From positions 1 through 64,000 of the IMG/VR virus record IMGVR_UViG_3300033149_002817: a stretch of 64,000 bases of DNA; one strand, given 5' to 3'. Made by a program: the position numbers and the translations under genes. Position 1 is the stretch's first letter, and each line of letters opens with the position of its first letter. The stretch is from a virus. The notes beneath the pieces were generated by a model. It made no database searches. It worked only from the letters and a program-made list of their open reading frames with translations, and was not told the DNA's origin. This document shows, piece after piece, positions 46,088-55,785 of this stretch.

Positions 46088-46564
46088 ATGGCAGAGCCAT
46101 ACGGGTTCGCAGTGCGGACGGACGGTGCGACGGAGCTGCGCAGCGCCCTCGCTCAGCATGAGGCAGAGTTGGTCATCCTCACGCAGGAGGACCACGGCGT
46201 ACCGATCGCGTCCTTCGACATCGTGCGCGTGTCAGTCCTGAGCGCGGAAAACCTTGCGTGGGATGTCTACTTCTATGACAGTGCGCCCGGGGCGCTCACG
46301 GCGCACGACGACAACCCGGTCGTGGATTGGATCGAGTTCGACGCCACGCAGGGGAAGCAGATCAACGCGACCGGTCCGTTCATCTACTCCCTGTCGGCCT
46401 TCAAGACGCGCTACATCAACCGTAATGGGGAGCCGACCATCTACGTCCGCCTCTGTCAGCGGGACGCAGCGGGGAAGACGGCGAACGATCCGGGGCGGGT
46501 GGTCGTCATCGTCGAAGGCACCTCAACGGGTAACGACTACCCGGCGCAGCATCCGGAGACGTAG
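46088..46564 (+). CDS. Putative structural protein
   Basis: Beta-rich ORF with RBS inside the structural cluster. Confidence 0.6.
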   Translation: MAEPYGFAVRTDGATELRSALAQHEAELVILTQEDHGVPIASFDIVRVSVLSAENLAWDVYFYDSAPGALTAHDDNPVVDWIEFDATQGKQINATGPFIYSLSAFKTRYINRNGEPTIYVRLCQRDAAGKTANDPGRVVVIVEGTSTGNDYPAQHPET

Positions 46565-46566
46565 GC

Positions 46567-46704
46567 ATGAGTGGTTGGTGGAATTGGTATGACAGGACAC
46601 CGGGGAAGCAGCTGAGCGACATGGACGTAGGGCTGAAAGTACTCTACGTCTCCGTCGGTCTGATGGTTCTTCTCGTGTTGCTCGTGACTATCGACGTCTG
46701 TTGA
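46567..46704 (+). CDS. 45-aa single-pass membrane protein (not in ORF track)
   Basis: MSGWWNWYDRTPGKQLSDMDVGLKVLYVSVGLMVLLVLLVTIDVC fills the intergenic gap exactly. Confidence 0.5.
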   Translation: MSGWWNWYDRTPGKQLSDMDVGLKVLYVSVGLMVLLVLLVTIDVC

Positions 46705-46713
46705 GGGGACAAC

Positions 46714-47214
46714 ATGCCGCCTGCAGGATCAGTAGTCGTTGGTGGTAGTGGTGGTGGTACCACGCCATCGACAGCTGCGGAGGACACAAACGTGTGGGTC
46801 ATCACGGGATCGAAAGCGCTTCAGACCTACGGCACGTCCGGGCAGACGTACACGCCGATGGACGTGGCCGACACGCTTCGCATGCAGAAGCGCGTGCTGA
46901 CGGCCGGTGACTACACGGTCAGCATCAACTACGCGATGGCGTCTGCCTCCGCCAACGCGGTCAAGCTGCAGTGCGACTACCTCGTGACCGACGACGGTGA
47001 CGACCCGGATGCTGCTCTCGGCGCGGCAACTCCGGCGACGTCCGAGTTCTCGCCCGGCAACGACACCGACATGCACCAGCACGAGACTTTCGTGGTGACG
47101 GTCGCCGCCGACGGTGAGAACCTCGTCATCGTGCTGACCCGGATCGCCCCCGGTGCTGCTGCTCACCCGGGCCTGCTGCGCGTCATCGACGTCAACCTCG
47201 ACCCCGTGCCGTAG
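46714..47214 (+). CDS. Putative structural beta-sandwich protein
   Basis: GAGGGG RBS; G-rich N-terminal linker; strong codon bias. Confidence 0.65.
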   Translation: MPPAGSVVVGGSGGGTTPSTAAEDTNVWVITGSKALQTYGTSGQTYTPMDVADTLRMQKRVLTAGDYTVSINYAMASASANAVKLQCDYLVTDDGDDPDAALGAATPATSEFSPGNDTDMHQHETFVVTVAADGENLVIVLTRIAPGAAAHPGLLRVIDVNLDPVP

Positions 47215-47222
47215 GAGCTGAC

Positions 47223-47990
47223 GTGGCCTTCAACACTGCTGTCATCGCTGGCGTCGAGGAGTACACCTCGTGGGATGACGTGCTTGCTCGTCCCGCCTCG
47301 GACGGCGACAAGGTCATGTTCATGGGATTGAAGTGGCGGTACGACGGTACCGCTTCAATATGGGTTCCTGCTTGGGTCTACGGGGAGACCATATTAGACA
47401 AGCTGTTGGTTGATGGCGACGAAGCTAACGACGCTGCACTTGTCGCGAAGGGCTGGACTGTCAACAAGGCAGCCGGTGGCACCGTCACGTATGACGGCGT
47501 GCGGGTGAGGTTCAAGGGCGATTCCGCAGATGCCGACATCAGCAACGTAGCATTTACTCATACGGGCGACCAGGACGATAAGTACTTCTTCTATGGTCGG
47601 GTGCGAGCTGACAACTGGAGGGGTACTCCCTACTGGGCCGGATGTATAGCTGGTCTTGACGATGGCACGCACTCCAGACAATTCAGTTTTCTCTACACGT
47701 CTGCCACCGACTATGCTGGGTTCATTGGCAACATGGCAAAGAAGGGGGAGGCGGACGTATCAATTGATTTCACGACTGAGCGGTTCGTGCTGATCTTCTG
47801 GAGAAAGACGACCGGAGAAAAAGCAAGCTATGCGTGGGTGCAAGGCGGAGCATGGCTGCCTGCTCCAAACTACGCTTACACGGGAACGACCTTTACGGGC
47901 ACGGCCTCAAAGCGGCTCGGTATTGGTGTTTTGAGTAGCGGAGCCGGTAGTGACGTTCACGTTCGTGACGTAGTATTCGCGAGGTATTGA
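47223..47990 (+). CDS. Paralogue 1 of putative receptor-binding/fibre-tip array
   Basis: MAFNTAVIAGVEEYTSWDD...VMFMGLKWRYDGTASIWVPAWVYGET shared N-terminal module. Confidence 0.75.
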   Translation: MAFNTAVIAGVEEYTSWDDVLARPASDGDKVMFMGLKWRYDGTASIWVPAWVYGETILDKLLVDGDEANDAALVAKGWTVNKAAGGTVTYDGVRVRFKGDSADADISNVAFTHTGDQDDKYFFYGRVRADNWRGTPYWAGCIAGLDDGTHSRQFSFLYTSATDYAGFIGNMAKKGEADVSIDFTTERFVLIFWRKTTGEKASYAWVQGGAWLPAPNYAYTGTTFTGTASKRLGIGVLSSGAGSDVHVRDVVFARY

Positions 47991-48760
47991 TGGCCGCCAA
48001 CACAACGTACCCATCGCTCGGTGTTGAGGAAGTTACTTCCTGGGACGACATGCCCTCCAGCCCCCTGGATGGTCAGGCTGTCATGTTCATGGGGATGAAA
48101 TGGCGGTACAGCACTACAGACGGGCTCTGGCTCCCGGCATGGGTCTACGGAGAGACTCTACTCGACGTCGGACAGATTGTTGGGGATGAGTCGAACGATG
48201 CAGCCCTCGTGGCGAATGGCTGGGGCGTCACCAAGTCCGGGAGTGGCGCTACGTACTATGACGGGACACGGGTCAAGCTCGATGGTGGCAGTATAAATGC
48301 GAACTTCGCGAGTGCAAACTTTGTTCACGGTGGGAATCAAGCAAGTCATTACATCGCCTATGGACGTGTGACTGCTCATAGCTACACCAGCGGTGGTGCG
48401 CAGGCCGCTTGTGTCCTCACAAATCAGGACGGGACGGAAGACAGAGCCTTCATGTTCCGCTACGATCCCGCGCATACGTACAACGCCTTTGGTGGTTTCG
48501 GTGGCATCTACGGGCAAGTCAATGACCTTGCTTCTTTCGCTACCGAGAGGTTTTTTCTTGTGTACTGGCACCCTCATGCTGGGAGCGGTATCGCTCAAAG
48601 CGCTTGGGTGGAAGGTGCTGCATGCATCCCATCGCCTACGTCCTTCTACGCCGGAACGGCGATGCCTGCATCTGCTTCGCAACGCTGGTATATCGGTGAC
48701 TGGACCGGTAATGCTGGTGGTTCGTTGTCCGTTCGCAATCTCGTCGTCGCGAGGTACTAA
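47990..48760 (+). CDS. Paralogue 2 of putative receptor-binding/fibre-tip array
   Basis: MAANTTYPSLGVEEVTSWDDMP..PLDGQAVMFMGMKW; colinear with paralogue 3. Confidence 0.75.
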   Translation: MAANTTYPSLGVEEVTSWDDMPSSPLDGQAVMFMGMKWRYSTTDGLWLPAWVYGETLLDVGQIVGDESNDAALVANGWGVTKSGSGATYYDGTRVKLDGGSINANFASANFVHGGNQASHYIAYGRVTAHSYTSGGAQAACVLTNQDGTEDRAFMFRYDPAHTYNAFGGFGGIYGQVNDLASFATERFFLVYWHPHAGSGIAQSAWVEGAACIPSPTSFYAGTAMPASASQRWYIGDWTGNAGGSLSVRNLVVARY

Positions 48761-49533
48761 TGGCAGCCAACACGACCTACCCATCGCTTGTCGTGGAAGA
48801 GGTCACCTCGTGGGACGACATGCCCGTCAGCCCTCTCGATGGGCAGGCTGTCATGTTCATGGGGATGAAATGGCAGTACGACGGTACCGCTTCAATATGG
48901 GTGCCTGCTTGGGTCTACGGAGAGACTCTACTCGACGTCGGACAGATTGTTGGGGATGAGGCGAACGACGCGGCCCTCGTGACGAATGGTTGGGCCATTA
49001 CTAAGGCAGGCGCTGGTGCTACGTCCTATGACGGGACGCGAGTCAAGTTCGATAGTAGCGGCGCGAATGCGAACTTTTGCAATGCGCTCTTCCCTCACGG
49101 TGGGAATCAAGCAAGCCATTACATCGCCTACGGTCGTGTAAATTCTCACAGCTACACCGGCAGTGTCAAGCAATCCGCTTGTGTTCTTGCAAATCAGGAC
49201 GGGACGGAAGACAGAACCTTCATGTTCCGCTACGATCCCGCGAATGCATACAACTCCTTCGCGGGTTCAGGTAGTACCTTTGGACAAGTCAATGCTCTTG
49301 CCACCTTCTTCGCTACCGAGCGTTTTTTCCTCGCATATTGGCGCCCTCATGCTGGTAGTGGAATCGCCCAAAGTGCTTGGGTGGAAGGTGCCGCGTGTCT
49401 CCCGTCACCCACGTCCTTCTATGCCGGTACAGGGATGTCTGGAACTGCGGTGCAGCGCTGGTATATCGGTGACTGCACCGGCAATGCCGCCGGTTCGCTG
49501 TCTGTTCGCAATCTCGTCGTCGCGAGGTACTAA
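48760..49533 (+). CDS. Paralogue 3 of putative receptor-binding/fibre-tip array
   Basis: Highly similar to paralogue 2 over its full length; identical C-terminus SLSVRNLVVARY. Confidence 0.75.
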   Translation: MAANTTYPSLVVEEVTSWDDMPVSPLDGQAVMFMGMKWQYDGTASIWVPAWVYGETLLDVGQIVGDEANDAALVTNGWAITKAGAGATSYDGTRVKFDSSGANANFCNALFPHGGNQASHYIAYGRVNSHSYTGSVKQSACVLANQDGTEDRTFMFRYDPANAYNSFAGSGSTFGQVNALATFFATERFFLAYWRPHAGSGIAQSAWVEGAACLPSPTSFYAGTGMSGTAVQRWYIGDCTGNAAGSLSVRNLVVARY

Positions 49534-50330
49534 TGGCCTTCAACACCGCCGTCATTGCTGGGGTTCAGGAGTACCTCTGGGCTGACCGTCCTCTTGTGGG
49601 GGCGGTGGATGGGGACATGGCTGTTATCAGGGAGTTCGGCACACGTCCCTACCTGCGGATCTACGACGCCTCGCTTGGGGAGTTCGTACCTGCTGTAGTC
49701 CACGGGCGCTTCTCTGATTGGGTGCAGACAGCGCAAGTGGTGGGGACAGAGGTGGACGCTGCCGCTCTGCTTGCAAACGGGACCAGCGTCAACGCTTACG
49801 CTGGTACGCCTACCATTGGCTACAACGATAGCGGCAAGCTGCACCTTACCAATACCGGCGGCTCGGACGGTATTGCTATCGAGGCAAACACTGCTCCATC
49901 CAATGGCTTCTCAGCCTACTTCCGTGGTCTGATTAGAGTCATTCAGATCGGCGGCAAGGAAGACATCTACTTCATTGCGAGCGACGGTTCGCATGAGGCG
50001 TCGAAGGCGGCCTTCGCATTGCACGGCGGGAACCTCTACCCATTCCCGATGACGGGTACGGCACACGCCGGGACACAGACCGCTGTCAACAGCGGCATCG
50101 CAACGCTGTATGCTGCTGAAGGTCTGTTGGAAATCTTCTACATAGGCAACAACGATGACCGGTCCCTACCTGACGCTGCAATGATGTTCTGGCTCAATGG
50201 GGTCTTTGCGGGATTCCAGACTAAGAGTGAGATGACGGGTGGTAGCTCGAATTACTGCAACCTCGTCCAGCTCATCAGCAGTACGAACGAGATCACGATG
50301 CGTAATGTGTCGCTGTGGGTGAGGGACTAA
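49533..50330 (+). CDS. Paralogue 4 (divergent) of the array
   Basis: Leader MAFNTAVIAGVQEY as in paralogue 1; QVVGTEVDAAALLANG aligns with QIVGDE.NDAALV.NG. Confidence 0.7.
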   Translation: MAFNTAVIAGVQEYLWADRPLVGAVDGDMAVIREFGTRPYLRIYDASLGEFVPAVVHGRFSDWVQTAQVVGTEVDAAALLANGTSVNAYAGTPTIGYNDSGKLHLTNTGGSDGIAIEANTAPSNGFSAYFRGLIRVIQIGGKEDIYFIASDGSHEASKAAFALHGGNLYPFPMTGTAHAGTQTAVNSGIATLYAAEGLLEIFYIGNNDDRSLPDAAMMFWLNGVFAGFQTKSEMTGGSSNYCNLVQLISSTNEITMRNVSLWVRD

Positions 50331-50331
50331 C

Positions 50332-50725
50332 ATGGCAGCCAACACGACCTACCCCAGCCTCGGCGTTGAGGAAGTCACCTCGTGGGATGACATGCCGGCG
50401 TCTCCCCTGGATGGGCAGGCTGTCATGTTCATGGGGATGAAGTGGCGGTATCAAACAGCCGATTCTATTTGGCTCCCTGATTGGATCTACGGGGAGACGC
50501 TGGTCGAGAAGCACACCATCGATGGCGATGAGGCCAACGACGGTGCTCTGACCGGCAAGGGTTGGACGATTCAGGAGGCCGGATCCGGGAACATCACATA
50601 TGATGGTACTCGTGTCGGGTGCACCACGACAGCCAACGCTGACCGCGCCCAGATTGGGTATCTCCACACAGGGGACGAGGACGACAGCTACTTCCTATAT
50701 GGCCGATTCGACTTGGCAGCTCTAA
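50332..50725 (+). pseudogene. Paralogue 5, internally deleted/truncated
   Basis: Aligns with paralogues up to HTGDEDDSYFLYGRF (~50709). It then reads out of frame through the RBS and start of the next gene, to a stop at 50913. An orphan TAA at 50723 sits just before the next RBS. Confidence 0.7.
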
Positions 50726-50734
50726 GGAGATCGC

Positions 50735-51367
50735 ATGCCTCCCTTGAAGCAAGTCATCGCAGCCGGCGGTGGTGGCGCTACGCCCGCGACGTACTCGTGG
50801 TCGAAGAACCTCGTCACCGATCAGACCTTCACGGACATCTTCGGTTTGCTCGACATGACGACCGCATGGGCGTTCGACGCGGTGGAGGGGCTCGGCAACG
50901 GTGCGGTCGCTGACTCGGCGGTAGCGGTGTTGCCGACCGTCGCCCCCAACTCGACGCTCAAGGATCAGAAGATCATCGTCGAGCTGAAGGCTCCGAACGC
51001 GACGCTTGAGTGTGGCGTCATCCTTCGTATGACAGGCTTCAGCTCACCCGATGCGAATTACTACTGGGCTCGCATCACCGGCGGTCGTGCGCGCATCACC
51101 AAAACGCTCGCAGGTGTGTCGACGACTATTGCTGGTGGAGCGAACCCTGCTGATCTCTTTCCGCACAACGCAGGAGAGGTCATCAAGATCACGTTTCAGG
51201 TCGTGGGTGGCGACCTCACTGCCGATTTCGAGAACTTGACTACCCCGGACACGCACAACCTGACCGTTACCGACACGGACATCGCCGGTCCGGGGCAGGT
51301 TGGTATGCGCACAGGCTTCACGAACTCGCAGATTTGGTGGCGCAGCGTCAGCATTCAGTCGCTGTAG
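50735..51367 (+). CDS. ConA/lectin-like beta-sandwich virion protein
   Basis: TAAGGAG RBS; GVILR...YYWARI...ITFQVVGGDLTA...VTDTDIAGPGQVGM resembles the C-terminal domains of the 41559 protein. Confidence 0.65.
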   Translation: MPPLKQVIAAGGGGATPATYSWSKNLVTDQTFTDIFGLLDMTTAWAFDAVEGLGNGAVADSAVAVLPTVAPNSTLKDQKIIVELKAPNATLECGVILRMTGFSSPDANYYWARITGGRARITKTLAGVSTTIAGGANPADLFPHNAGEVIKITFQVVGGDLTADFENLTTPDTHNLTVTDTDIAGPGQVGMRTGFTNSQIWWRSVSIQSL

Positions 51368-51376
51368 GGGCAGAGC

Positions 51377-52201
51377 ATGCCGAACATCCCGCAAGGTCCA
51401 ACGAAGAACGAGAGCTTCGCGGGGCTCTCGGAGCACGCGCCGGCATACTCCGACATCGCACCGGAGACGTGCCTGCGGATCATGGACAAGGCGATGCTGG
51501 AGTGGCTGCAGAGCCTGCGCTTCCGCGGGCAGAAGCCGACCGTAGTCGCGGGGTGGAAATCACGCTACTTCAGCTCCGTGAAGGAGATGCATGGCGACAA
51601 GCGGCTTGGCGACAAGCAGCAGGTGCCGTTGCCGATGATCGCGCTCCTCAACCAGGGACTCGCGGTCGATCCTTCGCGATTCGTCTTCGGGAACGTGCGG
51701 CGTCTCGGACCTGGCGCTGCGAGCGAAACGAACACCATCTACCACGGCACACCACCGAACGAGGATGGCGTGCTCTTCCTCCCGTGGCCGATGCCGGTCG
51801 ACATCACGTACCAGATCGAAATGTGGACGAAGGAGATGCAGGATATGCGGTACCTCCGCACTGCCCTCCTCATGCAGTGGTCTACGCACCCGACAGAGGC
51901 ATACCTCCGGGTTGTCTTCCCCGCGCCGTACGGAGAGAAGCTCATCCCGCTGCTCATCGAGCGGGACGACAACATCAGCGACTTGGAGCCCGGGGATCAG
52001 GAGCGACGTCTTCGGCATGCGCTCACGGTGACGATGAAGGGCTGGATCTTCCGCATGCCCATCCTGCAAAAGACGATCAAGAACGCTCACGCCGTATTCA
52101 TTGAAGGCAACTACGACGAGCTGGTGGACTGGTACTGCGACATCGATCACTACCACTTCAACGAGGACTATTCGGTGCTCGAAAGCATCGACGAGCCGTA
52201 A
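51377..52201 (+). CDS. Tail terminator/sheath stabiliser (T4 gp15-like)
   Basis: VPLPMIAL; PMPVDITYQIEMWTK..QDM; SDLEPG..ER.LRHALTVTMKGW; located just upstream of sheath. Confidence 0.75.
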   Translation: MPNIPQGPTKNESFAGLSEHAPAYSDIAPETCLRIMDKAMLEWLQSLRFRGQKPTVVAGWKSRYFSSVKEMHGDKRLGDKQQVPLPMIALLNQGLAVDPSRFVFGNVRRLGPGAASETNTIYHGTPPNEDGVLFLPWPMPVDITYQIEMWTKEMQDMRYLRTALLMQWSTHPTEAYLRVVFPAPYGEKLIPLLIERDDNISDLEPGDQERRLRHALTVTMKGWIFRMPILQKTIKNAHAVFIEGNYDELVDWYCDIDHYHFNEDYSVLESIDEP

Positions 52202-52209
52202 GGTGACAC

Positions 52210-52587
52210 ATGGCAGCCCCGACCGTACCCCCGCAGCTGCTCGCTTCGACGCAGGACGAGTCGAGCGTCACGGTGACACACATCCCGCCCGTCGGAGACG
52301 CGGAGTATGTCCTGAGTCGGGTGTACTACGGGCTACCAGGGGAATCGGGTACACTGTGGGGTACGTCGGACGCGCATGAGGCGCTGGCTATCACAGGTCT
52401 TGAGGCGTCCACGACCTACTTCGTGTACGCGGTCCCTGAGGACGTGGCAGGGATCTTAGGGCCTGCAAGCGAGGTCGTCGTCATGGAGACGACGGTAGAG
52501 ACGCCGAGTGTCGTGAGCGACCCGCAGACGCGGATTCTTCTGACGCTGAGCTTTTCAGACGGAGCGCTGACGAGGGTCGGCCCATAG
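52210..52587 (+). CDS. Fibronectin type III-like small virion protein
   Basis: APTVPPQL...SVTVT...ITGLEASTTYFVYAV...GPASEVV..ET Fn3 signature. Confidence 0.7.
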   Translation: MAAPTVPPQLLASTQDESSVTVTHIPPVGDAEYVLSRVYYGLPGESGTLWGTSDAHEALAITGLEASTTYFVYAVPEDVAGILGPASEVVVMETTVETPSVVSDPQTRILLTLSFSDGALTRVGP

Positions 52588-52605
52588 ATAGGGAGGAGCG
52601 GGAGC

Positions 52606-54879
52606 GTGGCAGTCTACATCTCTGCTGGTGTCTACATTCAGGAGCGTGATAACTCCCTGTACGCCCCCGCGATTGCTCCGACGGTCATGGGACTCGTCGG
52701 TACCGCGACGAAGGGGCCTCTCAACACTGCGACCCTCGTGACGACCGAGGCGCAGATGACCGACATCTTCGGCGTCCCGCGCACGAAGGACATGGGCATG
52801 CACACGGCGCTCGAAGCGCTGAAGGAGTGCAGGCTCATGTACTACTGCCGGATCGCCGGTGCGAGCGCCGCGAAGGGTGTCATCACTGTCGCGGACGACG
52901 GCTCCGGGGCGACCTCGGGATGCACACCACAAGCTGCGAATAACGAATACTACAACTTGGAGCCGAACGCGACGATCGTCTTCACGGACAGCGTCACCGG
53001 CACCGCGACCTTCACGGCGACGGCAGCGAACATCACGTCGGGTAGCGCGGAGACGTACAACCTGACCGCCATTGCAGCTGCTGCTCCGGTCACGCTGACC
53101 ATTAGCGTCGATCAGGGGCCGACGCAGACCTGTACGATCGCGTCCGGTGACGTCTCGAACTTCGCCGCGGTGACAGCGCTGGAGGTCATAACCCTCCTGA
53201 ACGCCCAGATTTTCGGTATCCAGGCGACGGTCTCCGCGACCTCGGTGAAGATTGCGAGCGACACACGCGGTACCGGCAGCTACGTCGAGATCACCGGCGG
53301 TACGGCGAACGACGTTGTCAACGGCCTCAACTTCTCGACGACGCCTGTGCAGGGTACCGGCAACGTCGTCAGCATCGACGCGGTGACGGGCGCAGAGATC
53401 AAGACGATCGTCGAGCTTGCCATCGCGACGATTTCGGTCAGCCTCAGCGTCAACGGCGCGCCGACCTTCTGTACCGTTGCCGTCGGCATAGCGGCGGACA
53501 TCGGCATCAGCGCGACCTCGACGGCGATCGGAGCAGCTCCTCTCATCTCCGTGCCGACAGGAATCACCTACACGGGCCTCGCGGCAGCGCTGTCGCAGAA
53601 CACCATCAGCTTCACGGCGTCGTCGGAAGGCTCTCATTCCAGCGAGATCGACGTCGTCATCTCGACCTCGACGGTTCACGCGAGCCTCAAGAAGATCGTC
53701 GTCATGTACCGGGACGCGGTCGTCGAGACGTACGACGCTCTGTACAAGGGTACGGACCCGGCTCCGTCAGGCGTCACGTACTACGAGATGATCACGACGC
53801 TCAACGCCGGTTCGACGGACGGCGCCTTTCCCGCGTCGGAGTACATCGTTGCGGCGGACCTCAACGCGGCGGCCGAAGACCCGACGGACGGCACGAACAC
53901 GCTCTCCGCAGGTGACGACGGTGACAACTGGACGACCGGCACCGTCATCGGCACCGTCATCGGCCAGACTCGCACCGGCATGCAGGTGTTCGGCGACCCC
54001 GAGCTGATCTACATCACGCTGCTCGCGACGCCGGGAATCGCCTACCCCGCGGTCATCGCTGAGGGGCTCAGCATGTGCGCAGAGCGCGCGGACTGCTTCT
54101 ACATCGCGGACCCGCCGCAGAGCCTCACGCCCGCGGAGGTGGTCGACTGGCACAACGGCAACGCGGGCGGCGCCTACGTGGTCGATCAGGAGGGCCGGAG
54201 CGAGGCTGGCGCGAACACGACGTACTTCAACAGCTCGTACGGTGGGCTGTGGCACGACTACTTCACCGCGTTCGACGCCTTCAACGACGCGAACATCACG
54301 CTACCACCGTCGGCGACCGTGCTGCGCACCGTCGGCTACACCGACAACGTCGCGGATCCGTGGTGGGCGCCGGCCGGGCCGAACCGCTCACAGACGAGCG
54401 CCGTCATCGCGCTGGCTTCCTCGCCGACGCAGGGCGAGCGTGACCTCATGCAGATGCAGGGGAACAACGTCAACCCGATCGCGCTCATCAGCGGAGCGGG
54501 CATCGTCATCATGGGGCAGAAGACGATGCAGAAAGCGCCGACGGCGCTCGACCGCGTCAACGTCCGCCGGCTCATGCTCTACGCGGAGAAGATCGTCGCG
54601 ACGACGGTGCTCTTCCTGACGTTCGAGCCGAACGACCCGACGATGTGGCGGCGCTTCATCAACCTCGTGCAGCCCGTCTTCGATGACATCGCGGCGAGAC
54701 GTGGTCTCGAAGACTTCCGCGTGATCGCGGACAGCTCGACGAACACGGATGTGCTCATCAATCAGAACACCTTCCTGGGCAAGATATTTCTCACGCCAAC
54801 CAAAAGCGCAGAGAAGGTAATCGCCGAGTTCAATCTTTTGCCTTCAGGAGCGGATTTCACAGAGTACGCGCAGGCTTAG
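52606..54879 (+). CDS. Contractile tail sheath protein (T4 gp18-like) with insertion domains
   Basis: Y.SAGVYIQERD.S; GLVGTATKGPLN...VTT..Q..IFG.P; R.DCFYIADPP; LPPS; PWWAPAG.NR; VNPI; GQKT.Q...TALDRVNVRRL; FEPND. Confidence 0.97.
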   Translation: MAVYISAGVYIQERDNSLYAPAIAPTVMGLVGTATKGPLNTATLVTTEAQMTDIFGVPRTKDMGMHTALEALKECRLMYYCRIAGASAAKGVITVADDGSGATSGCTPQAANNEYYNLEPNATIVFTDSVTGTATFTATAANITSGSAETYNLTAIAAAAPVTLTISVDQGPTQTCTIASGDVSNFAAVTALEVITLLNAQIFGIQATVSATSVKIASDTRGTGSYVEITGGTANDVVNGLNFSTTPVQGTGNVVSIDAVTGAEIKTIVELAIATISVSLSVNGAPTFCTVAVGIAADIGISATSTAIGAAPLISVPTGITYTGLAAALSQNTISFTASSEGSHSSEIDVVISTSTVHASLKKIVVMYRDAVVETYDALYKGTDPAPSGVTYYEMITTLNAGSTDGAFPASEYIVAADLNAAAEDPTDGTNTLSAGDDGDNWTTGTVIGTVIGQTRTGMQVFGDPELIYITLLATPGIAYPAVIAEGLSMCAERADCFYIADPPQSLTPAEVVDWHNGNAGGAYVVDQEGRSEAGANTTYFNSSYGGLWHDYFTAFDAFNDANITLPPSATVLRTVGYTDNVADPWWAPAGPNRSQTSAVIALASSPTQGERDLMQMQGNNVNPIALISGAGIVIMGQKTMQKAPTALDRVNVRRLMLYAEKIVATTVLFLTFEPNDPTMWRRFINLVQPVFDDIAARRGLEDFRVIADSSTNTDVLINQNTFLGKIFLTPTKSAEKVIAEFNLLPSGADFTEYAQA

Positions 54880-54914
54880 GGTTACGCAAGATGTGCGTTA
54901 TATGACTGTCTCGA

Positions 54915-54950
54915 TGCTATACTCTCCCTATTGCTTGAAGGGAGGAAGGT
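54915..54950 (+). promoter_or_regulatory. Extended -10 promoter plus RBS-sequestering hairpin for the endonuclease gene
   Basis: TGcTATACT at 54915-54923; CTCCCT (54924-29) is complementary to AGGGAG (54939-44), which overlaps the GGAGG RBS. Confidence 0.6.
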
Positions 54951-55733
54951 ATGATCGAGATGGTCGTAGTGTATGGTCTGTCGGAGACGCCGGAGCGAGC
55001 AGGGATTCACTATGTTGGAGTCACATCCGATCCGCGTCAGCGCCTGTATCAACACCTAAGCGAGGCTCGCTGTACAACACACCGCGGGTACGACAGCCGA
55101 AAAAGTCAATGGCTCAGAGGTCTAACGCAGTCGCCGCACATTTTGTCCTTGGAGCGTGTGTCTGCCGAAGACGGGCGGGATGCGGAGCAACGTTGGATCA
55201 TGTTCTTGCATACGAAGGGGAACGCACTCTTCAACAAGCTTTGGTTCGCAGCAACGTGCCCGTGGACGCGCGAAATTCGTGCGAATATGTCGTTTGCTGC
55301 CAAGAAGCGGTATCAGGATCTTGGGCAGCGGCAAGCGTTGTCTTTGCGCGCGCAAGAACGAGCGAAGACAGACGAAGGGCGCGCTCATCTCAAGCGCATC
55401 AGCGCGCTCGGCGTCGCAACGATGAAGAACGACGAGAGCGCGCGTCAGCGGCAACGGGCGGGGCTCAAACACTCGTGGAACGAGATGCCCCCGGAGCAAC
55501 GCGCCGCCCGCGTCGCGAACGCGACAGCGGGTCTGAACGCTCCGGGCGTTCAGGAGCGGAAGGGAGCAGCCATCTCAGCTGCGAAGTTCCGACGTTGGGC
55601 ACGGAAGGGATGGACGAAGGGGCACGTCGAGGTGATTATCAGTGAGAGTCGGAACCTCGACAGCGCTGCGGCGATACTTGGTTGTACTCGACCAACCCTT
55701 CGCCAGCTCCGCAAGCACTACGGTATCGGTTGA
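54951..55733 (+). CDS. Free-standing GIY-YIG homing endonuclease
   Basis: VVYGL...HYVGVTSDPRQRLYQHL...EQRWI...LFN is the GIY-YIG module. Basic helical repeats and a terminal HTH follow. Atypical codon usage; inserted between sheath and tube. Confidence 0.8.
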   Translation: MIEMVVVYGLSETPERAGIHYVGVTSDPRQRLYQHLSEARCTTHRGYDSRKSQWLRGLTQSPHILSLERVSAEDGRDAEQRWIMFLHTKGNALFNKLWFAATCPWTREIRANMSFAAKKRYQDLGQRQALSLRAQERAKTDEGRAHLKRISALGVATMKNDESARQRQRAGLKHSWNEMPPEQRAARVANATAGLNAPGVQERKGAAISAAKFRRWARKGWTKGHVEVIISESRNLDSAAAILGCTRPTLRQLRKHYGIG

Positions 55734-55785
55734 CGGGATGATGAAGCGCCTCCTGTCCGGGGGCAGACGATAGAAGGAGGCAGCA

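Noticed and set aside
47990-49533. Near-duplicate genes as a diversity-generating retroelement TR/VR pair
   Set aside because: Differences are spread over the whole genes and include many synonymous C/T changes rather than adenine-specific ones. No reverse transcriptase is in the window.
22138-52592. ATAGAT upstream of several late genes as a T4-like late promoter
   Set aside because: Only a few instances, some explained by TAG stops next to RBS or start codons. No TATAAATA consensus was noticed; not supportable without a statistical motif search.
31344-54879. Stop-codon reassignment suggested by frequent TAG stops
   Set aside because: Conserved genes (capsid, sheath) end at TAG at their expected C-termini, and long ORFs are uninterrupted under the standard code.
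54880-55785. Group I intron around the GIY-YIG gene
   Set aside because: Sheath and tube genes are each complete on either side, and the intergenic flanks are too short for a ribozyme core.
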